From NCBI GenBank assembly GCA_903842235.1, contig CAIMLG010000059.1, positions 14,125 through 78,124 of the forward strand: 64,000 bases of DNA, written 5' to 3'. This document shows, piece after piece, positions 30,141 through 40,879 of this stretch. Origin of the DNA: an uncultured Verrucomicrobia subdivision 3 bacterium. GTDB lineage: Bacteria; Verrucomicrobiota; Verrucomicrobiia; Limisphaerales; UBA11358. Position numbers and translations under genes: made by a program. The notes beneath the pieces are model-generated. The model was not told where the DNA came from and did no database searches. It saw only the letters and a program-made list of their open reading frames with translations. The first letter of the stretch is position 1. Each line of letters begins with the position of its first letter.

Positions 30141-30404
30141 TTGTAAAAGAAAGACGCCGCACATGACCAACTGGCAAATCTCGGAAGCCACCCACCGCGG
30201 CTTGGAGCAAAACTAAAAACCATTGCAACGGCAACCCGCATCATAAACGTCGGAGCAGAATACGTCTCTCACTTACGAAGTCACTACGGTTGCTCTGTCA
30301 AGAAGGACTCTGGCGTGACGATTACGCTCATCCCGCTCAAAATCCAATGATGGGCGAGTGACCCGTCCAAGACGGTTTAACTGTTCACCGGAAAGGGGGT
30401 GGAT

Positions 30405-30488
30405 TCTTGCGCCAAGACGGTCAGGGGCTTGTTTTCCGTCTCCAAAGAGGTCTGAATCCACCCAAACGCCAAAACCCAAGCCAGACGG
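30405..30488 (+). repeat. 84-bp direct repeat, copy A
   Basis: tcttgcgccaagacggtcaggggcttgttttccgtctccaaagaggtctgaatccacccaaacgccaaaacccaagccagacgg. It differs from copy B by 4 substitutions and 2 single-base indels. Confidence 0.9.
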
Positions 30489-30491
30489 TCA

Positions 30492-31700
30492 TCATTCGCT
30501 GATAATTTGTGGTCCTATCCGTCTGCGCCAGCAGGTGATGATAATAAACATCAACGCAAGAGGCACCGCTAAGAAATAAATCCAATTGCGGCGCGGCGAA
30601 GGTAGATTGTCGTCAAAACTTTTGTAAACGCGAATCCCGTCATCCTGATTGGCAACGTAAGCGTATCCACCCGAAACCGTGAGCCGTTTGGAGAATCCGC
30701 CGTAATTTGTGCTGGTGTGTCCAACGGAGATGGGATTGGTGGGGCATGAAATATCATAGGCCCACACCCCATCTTGGAAATTTGCGATATATGCATGATG
30801 GCCAGAAACTGCCACCCCGTATGCGGAGCCGTCAATATGAGGATTTTTACCTTTGATTTGTGAATGAGCCTCGGCAAAAGTTTCGCGTGGGGAACTATTG
30901 TTAATGTGGCCGATGCCGGCGGGTTTTGTTGGGTTAGAAACATCGAATATACTGAAGCCGTAAAAATTGTTTGCGACATAGGCATATTTTCCAGCGACGA
31001 CCACCCCCCGCGGATAACCTGTATCTTTTAAATGGCCGACTTTGGTTGGATTGGCTGGATTGGAAATGTCATATATCCGTAGCCCGTCGTAATCATTAGC
31101 CAAATAAACATAGTTTTCGGAGACCGTTGCATTGAGCGCTGTGCCGCCGTCGTTCAAATGGGCAACACGTTTAGGTTTGGCCGGATTGGAAACATCGTAG
31201 ATTCGTAAACCGTCATTGTAGTTGGCTAGAAACGCATATTGCGCTCCCGTTTTACGTTTTCCAAAAAGCTTATCACTTGGAATTTTTGCAGTGCCGGAAA
31301 CCGCAATTCCAAAAGAAGCGGCCATCGCGATTTCAGGTGCGTGCCCAACGCACACAGGTCGGGTTGGATCGGAGACATCGTAAATCCTCATCCCATCATT
31401 ACTGTTGGCGACATAGGCATAATCACCACAATTAGCAACGCCCATCGCGCCGCCTCCATTTTCAGAATTATTGGTGTGTCCGACGGAGACGAGATTGGTC
31501 GGATTTGTAATGTCAAATATGCGGAGCCCATCACTGCCGTTGGCGGCAAAAAGATAATGTCCAGCCACGACCACATCGCAGACATGTTTGGAAGCATCAC
31601 CGTAGAAACCGGCGCATTCCATATTGGTCTGGGCAGGTAGAAGGTGAGGAGCTATCAGCAATCCCAAGCCGAGACTCACTACAAACGAAAATCTTTTCAT
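30492..31700 (-). CDS. LVIVD-repeat beta-propeller protein, signal peptide plus C-terminal TM anchor
   Basis: ATG 31700 gives MKRFSFVVSLGLGLLIAPHLLPAQ. At least 7 repeats of Y(A/V)(Y/F)(V/L)AN..DG(L/M)RI(Y/F)D(I/V)S(N/D)P. C-terminal IYFLAVPLALMFIIITCW followed by RRR. Confidence 0.8.
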   Translation of the reverse strand: MKRFSFVVSLGLGLLIAPHLLPAQTNMECAGFYGDASKHVCDVVVAGHYLFAANGSDGLRIFDITNPTNLVSVGHTNNSENGGGAMGVANCGDYAYVANSNDGMRIYDVSDPTRPVCVGHAPEIAMAASFGIAVSGTAKIPSDKLFGKRKTGAQYAFLANYNDGLRIYDVSNPAKPKRVAHLNDGGTALNATVSENYVYLANDYDGLRIYDISNPANPTKVGHLKDTGYPRGVVVAGKYAYVANNFYGFSIFDVSNPTKPAGIGHINNSSPRETFAEAHSQIKGKNPHIDGSAYGVAVSGHHAYIANFQDGVWAYDISCPTNPISVGHTSTNYGGFSKRLTVSGGYAYVANQDDGIRVYKSFDDNLPSPRRNWIYFLAVPLALMFIIITCWRRRIGPQIISE

Positions 31701-31785
31701 CCGCAATTGATTTTGCTGTGAAACGGGTGCATTGCCACTCAAAAATGAAGTTTTCCAAATCGGCCCTGGCAAATATGATGGGCGA

Positions 31786-32874
31786 GTGAACTTCACTTGC
31801 CGTCAAAAGATATTTCAGGCGTTCCTCATTGGAACCATTTTGTTGAGTGGAGATTTTTTGGCCAAAGCCGATAATCAAATTGTCGCGTGGGGCCAAAATG
31901 CAGGGTTTGGAGAAGTTTCTGTTCCCGCCGGTCTCACGAACATCGTCGCCATTGTGGCGGGATTGCGCCATAACATGGCATTAAAAAATGATGGAACAGT
32001 CACTACGTGGGGGGCTTGTCTTCAAGGGAATGGCATATTTAACGTCGCGACACCAGAAGGTTTGTCAAATGTAACAGCCATCGCTGCCGGTGTATGGCAT
32101 AGCCTCGCCCTGCGCGCAGACGGAACAGTTGCGGCATGGGGCTATAATGGTGACGGCGAAACTGATGTGCCGCCTGACGCGACTAATATCGTCGCCATTG
32201 CTTGCGGAAGTTCTCACAGTCTAGCGCTCAAATCAGACGGGAAAATTTTATGTTGGGGAGCGGAAGGCGCCAGCCACGACAAAATTGTTTCTGTGCCTAG
32301 CGACCTGTCGAACATTGTTAAAATTGCGGCTGGCGGTGGGTATAGCGTAGCCATGAGGTCGAATGGCACGGTGAGAATTTGGGGTGACGCCCCAAATTGG
32401 CTGACGAATGTGCCGTCGGACGCAACCAATATCGTTGAGATAACGGCAGGAGGCCAATACTGTTTGGCGTTAAAATCTGATGGTCGGGCTGTAGGCTGGG
32501 GGGCGGATGTGAATGGAAGCTCGGTTGCACCTCCAAAGGATTTAGCCAACGTCATCGCAATCGGAGCGGGAGAACAACACCGTCTCGCTCTTAAATCTGA
32601 TGGAACCGTGGTCGCTTGGGGGCGCGGTTGGGGCGGAACGACCGTGATGCCCAATGGTCTGACAAATGTAATTGCAATCGCAGTAGGCGGCTATCACAGC
32701 CTAGCTTTGAAAGGCCAAAAAGAAATACTCCACCATGCGAAAGCGTGGCCTGTTTCACCGACGCCTCACAACCGCGTAAGTCTGCTGTTTTGGTTGTCGC
32801 TTGTGGTTTGTCTGTTCATTTTTGGGTGGATGATTTCACGTTTATTCCGGCAAAGGGGAAAGCCAGTTTGTTAA
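31786..32874 (+). CDS. RCC1-repeat protein, signal peptide plus C-terminal TM anchor
   Basis: About 7 repeats of ..AIAAG..HSLALKSDGTV..WG. GTG 31786 gives signal peptide MNFTCRQKIFQAFLIGTILLSGDFLAKA (track TTG 31732 is also possible; there is no in-frame ATG). C-terminal LLFWLSLVVCLFIFGWMI followed by RLFRQRGK. Confidence 0.8.
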   Translation: MNFTCRQKIFQAFLIGTILLSGDFLAKADNQIVAWGQNAGFGEVSVPAGLTNIVAIVAGLRHNMALKNDGTVTTWGACLQGNGIFNVATPEGLSNVTAIAAGVWHSLALRADGTVAAWGYNGDGETDVPPDATNIVAIACGSSHSLALKSDGKILCWGAEGASHDKIVSVPSDLSNIVKIAAGGGYSVAMRSNGTVRIWGDAPNWLTNVPSDATNIVEITAGGQYCLALKSDGRAVGWGADVNGSSVAPPKDLANVIAIGAGEQHRLALKSDGTVVAWGRGWGGTTVMPNGLTNVIAIAVGGYHSLALKGQKEILHHAKAWPVSPTPHNRVSLLFWLSLVVCLFIFGWMISRLFRQRGKPVC

Positions 32875-32882
32875 GACCATTT

Positions 32883-32966
32883 TCTTGCGCCAGACGACCA
32901 GGGGCGTGTTTTCCGTCCCCAAAGAGGTCTGAATCCACCCAAAACGCCAAAACCCAAGCCAGACGG
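32883..32966 (+). repeat. 84-bp direct repeat, copy B
   Basis: tcttgcgccagacgaccaggggcgtgttttccgtccccaaagaggtctgaatccacccaaaacgccaaaacccaagccagacgg; begins 9 nt after the RCC1 stop. Confidence 0.9.
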
Positions 32967-33134
32967 CCTGTAATCCCGTTTCCCTAATTCAGGCCGGTTG
33001 TCCTGGTTTCTGTTCTGGTTTTGATGGTGATTCCATCCATTTTTAGACGCAATCCTCAACCGAGTGGAAAAGGCGGATTCACCTTGAACAATTGATTCCA
33101 TTAATGATTCACACCAGAAAGAAGAAGTTTAAGA

Positions 33135-33211
33135 TGGTGCGCGCGACGGGAGTTGAACCCATAACCTTCGGCTTCGGAGACCGACGCTCTATCCAGTTGA
33201 GCTACGCGCGC
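33135..33211 (-). tRNA. tRNA-Arg (anticodon CCG)
   Basis: 77 nt including encoded CCA, folded by hand. Acceptor GCGCGCG/CGCGCGC. D-arm GCTC-AACTGGATA-GAGC. Anticodon arm TCGGT-CTCCGAA-GCCGA. T-arm ATGGG-TTCAACT-CCCGT. Confidence 0.9.
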
Positions 33212-33310
33212 AGCGGCAACACTGTAGCCGGCCCCCGCGGTTTGCTCAATGGTAATTTCAAAAACTCAACGGGCGCATTCCTCCCCCTGCCCCCCGCCCG
33301 CGGAAAATAT

Positions 33311-33340
33311 AAATAAAAAAGGGACGGCTGACGCCGTCCC
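33311..33340 (-). terminator. rho-independent terminator of the LTXXQ gene
   Basis: The minus strand reads gggacggc-gtca-gccgtccc followed by ttttttattt. Confidence 0.8.
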
Positions 33341-33371
33341 TCTGGTTTCAGAATCAAACCGTCAATCCGCC

Positions 33372-33812
33372 TTATTTCGGCGCATTGGCATCACCGGCCG
33401 CCGGGGGCGGGCCACCGGCACCCGGGCGCTGGCGCTGGCCGGGGCCCATTTTTTCCCATTTCGCCAGTTGTTCCGGCGTCAGGATTTCCTTGAGCTTCGC
33501 GGTCCCGGCATCGCGGATTTCCTTCATTTTCGTGCGCCGATCTTCCTGGGACAGGCTGGTGTCCTGACGCAGTTCCTGCATTTTCTTCGTTTGTTCTTCC
33601 AGCACCGCTTGGACTTTCGGCTTCTGGGCATCCGTCAGTTCGAGCTGCTTGGCAATCTGGTCAATGGTGGGGCGACCACGCTGGACGGGGCCACCGGCGG
33701 CCGGCTTGTCGGCGGGCGGCGGCGTGGCCGCATCCTGCGCTTGCAACGGGCTGCCGGCAAACAGGCTGCCGGAGAGGATCGCCGCGAGGGCGAGAGTCTT
33801 GTTCAGTTTCAT
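33372..33812 (-). CDS. periplasmic Spy/CpxP-like LTXXQ-motif protein
   Basis: Signal peptide MKLNKTLALAAILSGSLFAGSPLQA; LELTDAQK and LTPEQLAKW motifs; Pro/Gly-rich ends. Confidence 0.7.
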   Translation of the reverse strand: MKLNKTLALAAILSGSLFAGSPLQAQDAATPPPADKPAAGGPVQRGRPTIDQIAKQLELTDAQKPKVQAVLEEQTKKMQELRQDTSLSQEDRRTKMKEIRDAGTAKLKEILTPEQLAKWEKMGPGQRQRPGAGGPPPAAGDANAPK

Positions 33813-33891
33813 AATAACTTGGTTTCGAGTGTGAACCGCCTTGGTTTTGGTTGCGGCGGATACTATTTGAGACGATGGCCAGCCGGGAAGG

Positions 33892-35220
33892 TTACAGGGT
33901 GCGCAACACTTTGGCCGCGGCGCTCACAGTCTTTTCAATGTCCGCCGCCGTGTGCGCGGTGGACAGGAACCCGGCTTCGAACTGCGACGGAGCCAGATAC
34001 ACCCCCGCCGCCAGCATCCCATGGAAAAATTTCTTAAACTTCTCCCGGTCGCTGCGCATTGCCTCCGCCACGTTATGCACCGGCTGATCCGTGAAATACC
34101 CGCAAAACATCGAGCCGCACTGATTAAACTGCATCGGCACGCCGGCCGACTTGGCTGCGTCTCTCATGCCGGCGGCCAGTTGCGCGCCGCGTGCTTCCAA
34201 AAGTTCGTAGACGTCGTAGCCGCGTTCGTGAGAACGCGGATTTTCCGCGCTTTCACAAGCGCGGCTACAAAGCTCCTGCAAATTCGCCAGCCCCGCCGCC
34301 ATCGCCAGCGGATTGCCGCTCAACGTGCCGGCCTGATACACCGGGCCCAGCGGCGCGAGATAATCCATGATCTCCGCCCGCCCGCCGAACGCGCCCACCG
34401 GCAGCCCGCCGCCGATGACCTTGCCGAAGCAGCTCAAGTCCGGCGTGATGTGAAACCGCTCCTGCGCGCCGCCCCTGGCCAGCCGGAACCCCGTCATCAC
34501 CTCGTCAAAAATCAGCAGCGCGCCGTGCGCCGCCGTGATCTCGCGCAAAAATTCCAAATACCCAGGCTTGGGCAGATACAAACCCGCGTTGCCCGGCACC
34601 GGTTCCACGATGATGCCGGCAATCTGATCCTTGTTCGCCGTGAACACCGCCGTCACCGCCTCAAAATCATTATACGGCATCACGATGGTATGCGACGTGA
34701 AGGCCGCCGGCACCCCCGCGCTGTCCGGCTGCCCGAACGTCAACGCCCCGCTGCCGGCGCGCACCAGCAACGAATCCGCATGGCCGTGATAGCAGCCATC
34801 GAACTTGATGATCTTGTCGCGCCGGGTGAAGCCGCGGGCCAGCCGGATGGCGCTCATGCACGCCTCCGTGCCGCTGCTCGTCATGCGCACCTTCTGCACG
34901 CTCGGCACCAGCTCGCAGATGAGCTTGGCCATCGTGACCTCCAGCGGATTGGGGATGCCGAAGCTCGTGCCCAACTCGGCGGCGGCCTTGACGGCGGCAA
35001 TAATTTTGGGATGCGCGTGGCCGAGGATGGCCGGACCCCATGTGAGGACATAATCAATCAACTCATTGCCATCCACGTCCCAGACCTTGGAACCGCTGGC
35101 CCGGTTGACGAAGAAGGGGTTGCCGCCCACCGCGCGAAAGGCGCGCACCGGCGAATTAACGCCGCCGGGAATATATTTCAACGCCTCGGCAAACAGCCGG
35201 TCGGATTCAGTGCGATTCAT
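33892..35220 (-). CDS. hemL: glutamate-1-semialdehyde 2,1-aminomutase
   Basis: Class-III aminotransferase blocks [37 protein letters not shown]; 442 aa. Confidence 0.95.
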   Translation of the reverse strand: MNRTESDRLFAEALKYIPGGVNSPVRAFRAVGGNPFFVNRASGSKVWDVDGNELIDYVLTWGPAILGHAHPKIIAAVKAAAELGTSFGIPNPLEVTMAKLICELVPSVQKVRMTSSGTEACMSAIRLARGFTRRDKIIKFDGCYHGHADSLLVRAGSGALTFGQPDSAGVPAAFTSHTIVMPYNDFEAVTAVFTANKDQIAGIIVEPVPGNAGLYLPKPGYLEFLREITAAHGALLIFDEVMTGFRLARGGAQERFHITPDLSCFGKVIGGGLPVGAFGGRAEIMDYLAPLGPVYQAGTLSGNPLAMAAGLANLQELCSRACESAENPRSHERGYDVYELLEARGAQLAAGMRDAAKSAGVPMQFNQCGSMFCGYFTDQPVHNVAEAMRSDREKFKKFFHGMLAAGVYLAPSQFEAGFLSTAHTAADIEKTVSAAAKVLRTL

Positions 35221-35287
35221 GGGGATAAATTAACAACGAAGGAACGAAGAAACAAAGCAGAATGAAAAACGCTATTACGCCGTGCGG

Positions 35288-35869
35288 TCATAACGGCAAC
35301 GCGCACCCTTCCCACCCATACATTCCTCCCAGACTTCCAAAAAGAAATCTGTATGAAACCAAGTATCCGGCCAGCGTGGCGAATAGGATGCATAGCGACG
35401 TTCGAATCAACCGCATCCAAACAGCAGCCAACCCCACGGCAAGAACCCAACCAACATCCAGTGCGTAGTCCCATGAAGGATACGGCGGATGTTGCATGTG
35501 GCCACCCATGCAGACGTGATGGTGAAAGCACCATGCCGAACCAATAGCGCCAATGACCCAAAGAAATCCAGCGCCTGATGTTCCTAGCATCGCCCGCAAA
35601 TCGGAGCGGAAACAATCTCTCTCGACCCGCCAGTAAAGCAACGCCACAAGCCCTGCGAGAAAAGGAAAGAAGACAAATGGCACCACCCGCCACGGCAGCC
35701 ACCCAAAAAAATGTTTGTTGAAAACTGGTGAAATCAAACCAACGGCTACTGCCAAAAAGAATGCCTCGCCAACAGACCAATGTCTGCGAAAAAACGCAAT
35801 AACTCTCGGAACGACGGAAAACAATAGCCAGTGCGGAACTTGCGTCCAAAAATATGTTCCTGACTTCAT
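35288..35869 (-). CDS. integral membrane protein, unknown function
   Basis: ATG 35869 (MKSGTYFWTQVPHWLLFSVV...) with about 5 hydrophobic helices. Lower-GC stretch. The track start 36007 runs into a repeat element. Confidence 0.5.
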   Translation of the reverse strand: MKSGTYFWTQVPHWLLFSVVPRVIAFFRRHWSVGEAFFLAVAVGLISPVFNKHFFGWLPWRVVPFVFFPFLAGLVALLYWRVERDCFRSDLRAMLGTSGAGFLWVIGAIGSAWCFHHHVCMGGHMQHPPYPSWDYALDVGWVLAVGLAAVWMRLIRTSLCILFATLAGYLVSYRFLFGSLGGMYGWEGCALPL

Positions 35870-35986
35870 AAGCGTGTAATCTGGCACAACATCAAATCCG
35901 GCCAAATGGTTTGTTCGCCGGTCCGGTTCACATCCGCCACGGTATTCGGGCGGGGAAACCCTGTCCACCGCATTTTCGCCGCGGCT

Positions 35987-36134
35987 GAAAATAGCCCAGC
36001 CATTCATGGCTGGGATTCGTGGCCCGTAATCCTTCCAAGTCCCGTCCGGGACGGCAGCGCTTGCTTTCGTCCCATGCGGGACTCGTCATTTTGTGGTGAC
36101 GCTTTACCCAGTCATGAATGGCTGGGCTATTTTC
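35987..36134. mobile_element. 148-bp MITE-like element with 28-bp terminal inverted repeats
   Basis: Left end gaaaatagcccagccattcatggctggg; right end is its reverse complement with 1 mismatch (27/28). The core holds small palindromes ccgtcc-g-ggacgg and gtccc-atgc-gggac. Confidence 0.6.
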
Positions 36135-36351
36135 AAAGATTCAATCGGCTCACGCATTTCAAACAAGCCCACATGGCTCAAGAAGCTCGTCTGGGCAAAT
36201 TGGTTTGTGGCCTATTTGGTTCATGGGAAGGTAGGCGGGCGGGGAAACCCCGGCCAACGCAGGATCGCCATGCCGCGCCAACAGTTTTTTCGATGCCGCC
36301 CGCCATTTTATCAATATACGCCCGCCAGAGGACTGGGCGTAAACTCGCCCC

Positions 36352-37449
36352 ATGAAGAAATTTTCCATTCCCGCCCGCCGCCGCAAAATCCTGCTCATCG
36401 TCGCGCTCCCCGGCCTCGGCCTTTGGGCGCTGTTGCCGGCGCGGCCGTTCCGCCCGGTGGAGCCGATTCCCGCCGGCATCGTGGACCTGCATTGCCATAT
36501 TGCCGGCCTCGGCGCGGGCGGGAGCGGCTGTTTTGTTTCGCCGAAGCTGCGGGACAACTGGCGCTTCAAGATTTATCTCCGCGCGTTCGGCGTGACGAAA
36601 AAGGAAGTGCTGGAACAAGGCGACGCGCTCATCGCCGATAAAATTTCCGCGTCCCTCGCACAGAGCCAATTCGTCAAACAGGCGGTGGTGCTGGCGCTGG
36701 ATGGCGTGGTGGACGCGGACGGCCAACTGGATACCAATCGCACGGAGGTTTATGTGCCGAATGAATTCGTGGCGGCCCAGTGCGTGCGGCACCCCAACCT
36801 GCTCTTCGGCGCCTCGGTCAATCCGTATCGCACGGATGCGCTGGCGCGGCTGGAATGGGCCAAGGCGCACGGCGCGGTGCTGGTAAAGTGGATTCCGCCG
36901 GTGATGGACATTGGTCCCGCCGACTCGAAGCTGATTCCATTTTACCAGAAGCTGGCCGAGCTGAACCTGCCGCTGCTCTCGCACACGGGCCGGGAGAAAT
37001 CGTTTTCCCACGCGGACGAGACGTTGAGCGACCCGGAAAAACTGCGGCTGCCGCTGAGCCTGGGAGTGAAGATCATTGCCCCGCATATCGCATCGGCCGC
37101 CAAATATCACGGCGAGCGCGGCCCCGACCGGCTGGCGCGACTGATGCGGGAGTATCCGAATCTGTTCGCCGACATCTCCGCGCTGACGAACGTCAACAAG
37201 CCGGGCAGCTTGAAAGAGGCGCTCACCCAGCCGGAATTCGCCGGACGGCTGCTCTACGGCACGGATTTCCCGCTCATCACCACCGCGCTGGCATCGCCGT
37301 GGTATTCGCTGCACCTGTCGCTGCAGCAGAAGTGGGAGATCGCGCGAGCCAAAAACCCCTGGGATCGCGACGTGCTGACCAAGCATTACCTGGGCACGCC
37401 GACGGAAACCTTGACGCGCCCGGCCCGGCTGTTTGGAAACGCGAATTGA
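36352..37449 (+). CDS. amidohydrolase-family (Amidohydro_2-like) protein with N-terminal anchor
   Basis: GIVDLHCHIAGLG metal-binding start, ...LLYGTDFPL end motif; N-terminal hydrophobic segment. Confidence 0.75.
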   Translation: MKKFSIPARRRKILLIVALPGLGLWALLPARPFRPVEPIPAGIVDLHCHIAGLGAGGSGCFVSPKLRDNWRFKIYLRAFGVTKKEVLEQGDALIADKISASLAQSQFVKQAVVLALDGVVDADGQLDTNRTEVYVPNEFVAAQCVRHPNLLFGASVNPYRTDALARLEWAKAHGAVLVKWIPPVMDIGPADSKLIPFYQKLAELNLPLLSHTGREKSFSHADETLSDPEKLRLPLSLGVKIIAPHIASAAKYHGERGPDRLARLMREYPNLFADISALTNVNKPGSLKEALTQPEFAGRLLYGTDFPLITTALASPWYSLHLSLQQKWEIARAKNPWDRDVLTKHYLGTPTETLTRPARLFGNAN

Positions 37450-38832
<1,383 letters not shown>

Positions 38833-38861
38833 ACCGCTGATTACGCGGATAAAGCAGGGCC

Positions 38862-38892
38862 AAGCGACTTATGCCAAACAAGTCGCTTTTTC
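38862..38892 (+). terminator. rho-independent terminator of purA
   Basis: Perfect 9-bp stem aagcgactt/aagtcgctt with a 9-nt loop, running into ttttt. Confidence 0.85.
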
Positions 38893-38933
38893 ATTGCGTC
38901 AGAGTATCAGGTCGATGCTTGGGTATAAATCAA

Positions 38934-38990
38934 GGCCGCAGTTGGTTTTTGTTGTTTTGAAATCTGCGTAATCTGCGTAATCTGCGGTTA
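38934..38990. repeat. REP-like element with three tandem AATCTGCG(T/G) 9-mers
   Basis: ggccgcagttggtttttgttgttttga aatctgcgt aatctgcgt aatctgcgg tta. The 9-mers span 38961-38987 and end 7 nt before the uppS ATG. Confidence 0.85.
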
Positions 38991-38994
38991 CATA

Positions 38995-39732
38995 ATGAGC
39001 ACCGCCGCCACCAGTTTGAGTGCCGAAGCCCAAGCCAACCTGCCGCGCCACGTGGCCGTCATCATGGACGGCAACGGCCGCTGGGCCAAGTCACGCCACC
39101 TGCCGCGCATCGAGGGGCATCGGCGTGGGGCGGATTCCGCGCGCGAGATCATCCGCTCGGCGGGCGAACTCGGCATCAAATATCTTACGCTCTACGCCTT
39201 TTCCGCCGAGAACTGGAACCGGCCCAAGGACGAGGTGGACGCGCTGATGAAGTATCTCGTCCATTATCTCAAGTCCGAGACCAAGGACCTGAACAAAAAT
39301 AATGTCCGGCTGGAAGTCATCGGCCAGATTCACCGCCTGCCGGACAACGTGCAGGAGCACCTGCAAAAATCCATCGCCACGCTGGCCAAGAACAACGGCC
39401 TGACACTGGTCATGGCGCTGAGCTACGGCAGCCGCATAGAAATTGTGGATGCCGCCCGGCAAATCGCGGAGAAGGTGAAATCGGGCAAGCTGGACCCTGC
39501 GGATATCACAGAGGAAGTTATTTCCAATCATCTCTGGACGCGGAACGTGCCCGATCCTGATCTGCTCATCCGCACCAGCGGCGAGATGCGCGTCAGCAAT
39601 TTTCTCCTCTGGCAGATATCCTACGCCGAACTCGTCATCACCCCGACGCTCTGGCCGGATTTCAAGAAGCCGCAGTTCATCGCCGCGTTGGAGGAATACG
39701 CCAAGCGCCATCGGCGGTTCGGCGGCGTCTGA
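38995..39732 (+). CDS. uppS: isoprenyl transferase (undecaprenyl-diphosphate synthase)
   Basis: HVAVIMDGNGRWA, LTLYAFSAENWNRP, LIRTSGEMRVSNFLLWQ. Confidence 0.95.
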   Translation: MSTAATSLSAEAQANLPRHVAVIMDGNGRWAKSRHLPRIEGHRRGADSAREIIRSAGELGIKYLTLYAFSAENWNRPKDEVDALMKYLVHYLKSETKDLNKNNVRLEVIGQIHRLPDNVQEHLQKSIATLAKNNGLTLVMALSYGSRIEIVDAARQIAEKVKSGKLDPADITEEVISNHLWTRNVPDPDLLIRTSGEMRVSNFLLWQISYAELVITPTLWPDFKKPQFIAALEEYAKRHRRFGGV

Positions 39733-39786
39733 CGCCGGGGCGCGCTTTGGCTGGACAAAAATTTCAAGCCGTCGCACAGTCGGGTG

Positions 39787-40029
39787 ATGACACCACGTCT
39801 TACCCCTCGGAGGACCGCCGCACTGACGCGGGTGGAGGTGCTGGTGGTGATTGCCACCCTTGCGGTGCTTGCAACGCTTGCCTTGCTCGCACTGTCAGCC
39901 GCCAAAAAGAAGGCGCATTTAGTTCAACTCAGGGAGTTCTTCCTTCGTCAAAGGCGTCATATTGGGAGTCATATTGGATCGCAAAATGCACTTGTTTGGT
40001 GGAAGGCCCATGCGAAAGCATGGGCCTAA
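39787..40029 (+). pseudogene. stranded prepilin-type N-terminal helix ORF (probable 5' fragment of a disrupted gene)
   Basis: LTRVEVLVVIATLAVLATLALLALSAAKKKA resembles the type II secretion/pilin-like N-terminal segment. The remaining ~45 codons are lower-GC, have no homology by eye, and end in the hairpin at 40005-40026. Confidence 0.4.
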
Positions 40030-40045
40030 AGAAAGGCAAAAGCAT

Positions 40046-40879
40046 ATGAAGCGATGGGATGGAATGATGGACGGATATCTCAAACAATGTGAGACGTGCG
40101 GGCTGAGTGAGGCCACCGTGATCGGCCGGCGGCACGAGTTGGAACGGTGGGGCTGCTGGCTGAAGCGCCGTCGACCGAAGCCCAACCTCGAGGCGGTGGA
40201 TGGGCTGATGGTCATCGAATACCTCCGCAGCCGGACAAGGTTTCACGCGAAGACCACCGTGGCCGGCGTGAGCAGCAAACTGAGGCTGATGGGGGAGTAT
40301 CTGTTGCAGGAAGGGGTGTGGATCAAAAATCCGCTGCGCTGGATTCGCGGACCGCGGCTGGATTCCCGCGGGCGAATGCCCCGGCGGATTGGAGCGGAAC
40401 ATCTGAAAAAGCTCTGGGACGCTTCGAGCCAGAACCCTAATGATTACCAGCAACATTTATCCATCGCGGTGCTGGCGTTGCTTTACGGCACCGGCTTGCG
40501 GCGGGGCGAGTTGGAGCGGTTGGATCTGGCGCACTGGAAGCGGGAGGCAGGGATTCTCCAGATTGATGGCCGCAAGACCGGACAGGAACGAAGCGTGCCC
40601 GTGTCCGAAGGCATCTGGCGCTGCTTGGAAGCGTATCTACCCCTGCGGCAAAACCTGTTGGAGCGGCGGGGCGTCTGTCGTGAACCCGCCTTGTTCTTGA
40701 ACCGGGCGGGGGTGCGGATGAGTTCCCAAAGTCTGGGTTTGATGGTGCATCGGCTGGCCCGGCGGGCGGCGGTGCCGCTGGTCAGTCTGCATCAATTTCG
40801 CCACACCTGCGCCTCGGATTTGCTGGAGAGCGGCGTGAGTCTGCCGGAAGTTCAGCAGCTGCTCGGCCACGCCACCGCC
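40046..40879 (+). mobile_element. tyrosine recombinase/integrase gene lacking the catalytic-Tyr C-terminal segment
   Basis: SAM-like N-domain (MDGYLKQCETCGLSEATV...), GTGLRRGEL (Arg), HQFRHTCAS (HxxR), LLGHAT. No Tyr occurs in the following 40+ codons. The frame continues into the next feature without a stop. Confidence 0.7.

Noticed and set aside
30348-30362. 15-nt exact match ATGATGGGCGAGTGA, also at 31774-31788 (the RCC1 start region)
   Set aside because: My rough estimate is that one to a few 15-mer coincidences are expected in a 64-kb window counting both strands. The flanks do not extend the match.
32883-33211. Whether the 84-bp direct repeats are duplicated tRNA 3' ends (a classic att site)
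   Set aside because: Neither repeat copy shares sequence with tRNA-Arg. The repeat is about 170 nt from the tRNA and contains the window's heptad motif, so a REP-type origin is at least as likely as tRNA-targeted integration.
35906-36641. Plus-strand ORFs 35906..36355 and 36093..36641, and the MNGWAIF N-terminus of 35288..36007
   Set aside because: They are generated by reading through the MITE-like terminal repeats and adjacent REP-like DNA, and they overlap the well-supported amidohydrolase gene out of frame.
38961-38987. The tandem 9-mers here, and the 7-mer arrays at 29235, 57470 and 63852, considered as a possible CRISPR array
   Set aside because: The units are only 7-9 nt and directly abut one another with no spacers, and no cas genes are present. 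These are simple tandem or palindromic repeats.
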